DNA of 7,777 nucleotides from a virus (Duplodnaviria; Heunggongvirae; Uroviricota; Caudoviricetes): IMG/VR virus record IMGVR_UViG_2645727743_000027; one strand, 5' to 3'. Shown piece by piece: positions 5,951 to 7,777 of this stretch (position 1 is its first letter; each line of letters starts with the position of its first letter). The notes under the pieces were generated by a model. It saw only the letters and a program-made list of their open reading frames with translations, ran no database searches and was not told where the DNA came from. The position numbers and the translations under genes were made by a program.

Positions 5951-6005
5951 TTGGAGAAAATCAACCACTGCTCGCTCCCTTGCGAGTAATTGCGGAGACT
6001 TTGCG

Positions 6006-6224
6006 ATGTACTTGACACTTCAGGAGTGGAACGCACGCCAGCGACGCCCAAGAAGCCCTGAAACAGTTCGTCGATGGGTACGCGAGTGCAGGATATTCCC
6101 TCCTCCGGTTAAGGATGGAAGAGAGTATCTGTTCCACGAATCAGCGGTAAAGGTTGACTTAAATCGACCAGTAACAGGTAGCCTTTTGAAGAGGATCAGA
6201 AATGGGAAGAAGGCGAAGTCATGA
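6006..6224 (+). CDS. xis: Excisionase Xis (72 aa)
   Basis: MYLTLQEWNARQRRPRS...NGKKAKS is almost identical to lambda Xis as I recall it; the 3' end overlaps int by 23 nt, as in lambda. Confidence 0.95.
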   Translation: MYLTLQEWNARQRRPRSPETVRRWVRECRIFPPPVKDGREYLFHESAVKVDLNRPVTGSLLKRIRNGKKAKS

Positions 6225-7275
6225 GCGCCGGGATTTACCCCCTAACCTTTATATAAGAAACAATGGATATTACTGCTACAGGGACCCAAGGACGGGTAAA
6301 GAGTTCGGATTAGGCAGAGACAGGAGGATAGCAATCACTGAAGCAATACAGGCCAACATTGAGTTACTCTCAGACAGCGGACGGGAGTCACTGATAGACA
6401 GAATTAAAGGCGCTGACACAATCACTCTTCATACGTGGCTTGACCGATATGAAACAATCCTCACCGAAAGGGGTATCAGACCGAAAACTCTACTCGACTA
6501 CGCCAGCAAAATCAGGGCAATCCGAAGAAAATTGCCGGACAAACCGCTCACTGACATATCAACGAAAGAGGTGGCTGCAATGCTAAACACCTACGTCGCA
6601 GAAGGTAAAGCAGCGTCCGCAAGAGTAATCAGGTCAACCCTTGTTGACGTTTTTCGTGAGGCAATAGCCGAGGGGCATGTGGCAACGAATCCGGTAACAG
6701 CAACCCGCGCAGCAAAGTCAGAAGTAAGGCGCTCAAGGCTGACAGCTAATGAGTATGTCGCGATTTACCATGCAGCCGAACATCTCCCAATCTGGCTGAG
6801 GCTGGCAATGGATTTGGCTGTCGTTACAGGGCAGAGAGTAGGCGATTTATGCAGAATGAAATGGTCAGACATAAACGACAACCATCTTCACATTGAGCAG
6901 GGTAAAACAGGGGCTAAGCTCGCCATTCCGCTGACGCTAACGATTGACGCGCTCAATATCTCATTGGCTGATACACTACAGAAATGCAGGGAGGCCAGCG
7001 GCAGTGAAACAATAATTGCATCAACGCATCACGAACCGCTTTCCCCGAAAACAGTATCTAAGTATTTTACAAAGGCGAGAAATGCATCTGGACTCTCATT
7101 TGATGGAGACCCGCCAACATTCCATGAACTGCGTAGCCTGTCGGCGAGGCTATACCGGAATCAGATTGGCGATAAGTTTGCTCAACGTCTTCTCGGGCAT
7201 AAATCAGATTCAATGGCGGCGCGGTATAGGGACAGCCGAGGGAGAGAATGGGACAAAATTGAAATCAATAAATGA
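6202..7275 (+). CDS. int: Tyrosine integrase Int (357 aa), lambda-family
   Basis: First ~55 aa identical to lambda Int (MGRRRSHERRDLPPNLYIRNNGYYCYRDPRTGKEFGLGRDRRIAITEAIQANIEL), remainder clearly homologous but divergent. Catalytic signature residues present (VTGQRVGDL, HELRSLSARL, LLGHKSD, RYRD tyrosine region). Confidence 0.95.
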   Translation: MGRRRSHERRDLPPNLYIRNNGYYCYRDPRTGKEFGLGRDRRIAITEAIQANIELLSDSGRESLIDRIKGADTITLHTWLDRYETILTERGIRPKTLLDYASKIRAIRRKLPDKPLTDISTKEVAAMLNTYVAEGKAASARVIRSTLVDVFREAIAEGHVATNPVTATRAAKSEVRRSRLTANEYVAIYHAAEHLPIWLRLAMDLAVVTGQRVGDLCRMKWSDINDNHLHIEQGKTGAKLAIPLTLTIDALNISLADTLQKCREASGSETIIASTHHEPLSPKTVSKYFTKARNASGLSFDGDPPTFHELRSLSARLYRNQIGDKFAQRLLGHKSDSMAARYRDSRGREWDKIEINK

Positions 7276-7360
7276 TTTTATTTTGATTAATAATGACCCA
7301 TGCAATGTAATTTATTGATAATTAAAGAGATTTCAAATATGCAACTTACCTTATTTAAGG
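7276..7360. other. Putative attL: phage P'-type arm with Int arm-type site-like sequences, and a candidate core near 7342-7360
   Basis: AT-rich segment after the int stop. The reverse complement of 7290-7300 is TGGGTCATTAT, close to the lambda arm-type consensus as I recall it, and ATTGATAA at 7313-7320 is IHF-site-like. Homology to the downstream repeat begins at 7349, marking the phage/host junction. Confidence 0.45.
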
Positions 7361-7449
7361 CCCCTTCCTCGGGGGGGGCTTTCCCGTTTCAGCGTCCCGC
7401 TGAAATCTTCGGCTTACCTCCTTTCGTCCTGTATGCAGTCTATCGCTGA
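7349..7449 (+). repeat. Copy A of a ~101-bp direct repeat (host ibs/sib-type repeat), truncated on its left by phage DNA
   Basis: About 92% identical by eye to 7677..7777. Contains hairpins GCCCC...GGGGC and TTTCAGCG-TCC-CGCTGAAA. Sequence to its left is phage arm instead of an ibs ORF. Confidence 0.8.
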
Positions 7450-7540
7450 CTTGCGGATAAAATAGTTTCAAGTGTGATTATTGCGTAACGCCTCGCAAAG
7501 AATATTTGCTGGCAGGATCGCAGACTGCAAAGCCTGCGGA

Positions 7541-7569
7541 TTGACAATCTGACCGTGAAGGCATACTTT
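7541..7569 (+). promoter_or_regulatory. Predicted promoter for the Sib-like antisense RNA: TTGACA (7541-7546), 17-nt spacer, TACTTT (7564-7569)
   Basis: Consensus -35 and a plausible -10 with 17-nt spacing, positioned to start transcription about 36 nt beyond the 3' end of the ibs ORF on the opposite strand. Confidence 0.45.
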
Positions 7570-7575
7570 CAGGAG

Positions 7576-7715
7576 TGAGGGTTGAGCGGGGTTTCCCCCG
7601 CCCTGGTAGTCTTAGTAAGCCGGGAAGCTTATGACTAAGAGCACCACGATGATGATCCACTTCATCATGACCCTTTCCTTATTTATGGCCCCTTCCTCGG
7701 GAGGGGCTTTCCCGT
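7576..7715 (+). ncRNA. sib: Predicted Sib-type antisense sRNA (about 140 nt), fully overlapping the ibs ORF
   Basis: Predicted promoter upstream, full antisense overlap of the 18-aa ORF, and a GC-rich hairpin (7687-7707) followed by TTTCCCGTTT as a likely 3' end. Size and arrangement fit the Sib/Ibs type I toxin-antitoxin family. Ends are approximate. Confidence 0.55.
7612..7668 (-). CDS. ibs: Ibs-family type I toxin, 18-aa hydrophobic peptide MMKWIIIVVLLVISFPAY
   Basis: Minus-strand ORF with an AAGGAAAGGG Shine-Dalgarno upstream; the peptide closely resembles E. coli Ibs toxins (for example IbsC MMRLVIILIVLLLISFSAY, from memory). Under 60 aa so not in the ORF track. Which paralog it is cannot be decided here. 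Confidence 0.8.
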   Translation of the reverse strand: MMKWIIIVVLLVISFPAY

Positions 7716-7777
7716 TTCAGCGTCCCGCTGAAATCGTCGGCTTACCTCCTTTCGCCCTGAATTCAGTCTATCGCTAA
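7677..7777 (+). repeat. Copy B of the ~101-bp direct repeat (ibs 5' region and Sib terminator region); runs to the window end
   Basis: Direct repeat of 7349..7449 with about 8 mismatches by eye; immediately upstream (on the - strand) of the intact ibs ORF. Confidence 0.8.

Larger units (their letters stand above)
1..7348 (+). mobile_element. Left arm of a lambdoid prophage (ral through int), ending at a putative attL
   Basis: Co-linear, same-strand gene order matching the lambda pL operon (ral, ea10, cIII, kil, gam, bet, exo, exo-xis small ORFs, xis, int). Overlaps at bet/exo (ATGA) and xis/int (23 nt) match lambda. Phage-like AT-rich arm follows int, then host-like repeats. Recognition is from memory of lambda protein sequences, not a search. 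Confidence 0.85.

Noticed and set aside
5404-6051. ORFs 5404..5739 (+, alternative frame), 5430..5648 (-) and 5827..6051 (-)
   Set aside because: They overlap the AntA-like gene or the xis upstream region in other frames or antisense, with no independent support.
7016-7318. 100-aa + strand ORF overlapping the 3' end of int in another frame
   Set aside because: Alternative frame of int extending into the att arm; no start signal; int is unambiguous.
7478-7660. 60-aa minus-strand ORF between the two repeats
   Set aside because: It overlaps the predicted sib promoter and the ibs ORF in a different frame. The Ibs family consists of 18-19-aa peptides and the true ORF (7612..7668) has a proper Shine-Dalgarno.
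7349-7777. Possibility that the two direct repeats are a CRISPR array
   Set aside because: Only two copies, about 101 bp long, 328 bp apart and about 92% rather than near-100% identical, with an ibs/sib gene pair between them; this does not fit CRISPR repeat-spacer structure.
1-7777. LexA (SOS) box upstream of the antirepressor-like gene or elsewhere
   Set aside because: Scanning by eye for CTGT-N8-ACAG found only CTGT-started sequences lacking the ACAG half; none fit the consensus.

Overview
This window reads as the left arm of a lambda-like (lambdoid) prophage, all on the + strand, followed by host DNA. Identifications are from my recall of phage lambda proteins and by-eye reading; no database search was run. 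The backbone is ral, ea10, cIII, kil, gam, bet, exo, a set of small exo-xis region genes (orf60a, orf63, orf73-like TraR/DksA zinc finger), then xis and int. Between orf73 and xis sits cargo I do not recognise from lambda: an ASCH-like small protein, a reading frame split by an in-frame TGA, a structure-rich intergenic region, and an AntA-family antirepressor-like gene. Int has a lambda-identical N-terminal arm-binding region but a divergent remainder, and the att core differs from lambda. The prophage appears to end (attL) inside a tandem ibs/sib type I toxin-antitoxin repeat locus: one ~100-bp repeat copy is cut at the junction, and the next unit carries an intact 18-aa Ibs-like toxin ORF on the - strand with a predicted antisense Sib RNA on the + strand. 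The most interesting items are this junction, the regulatory region upstream of the AntA-like gene, and the TGA-interrupted frame. I found no rRNA, tRNA or CRISPR array.
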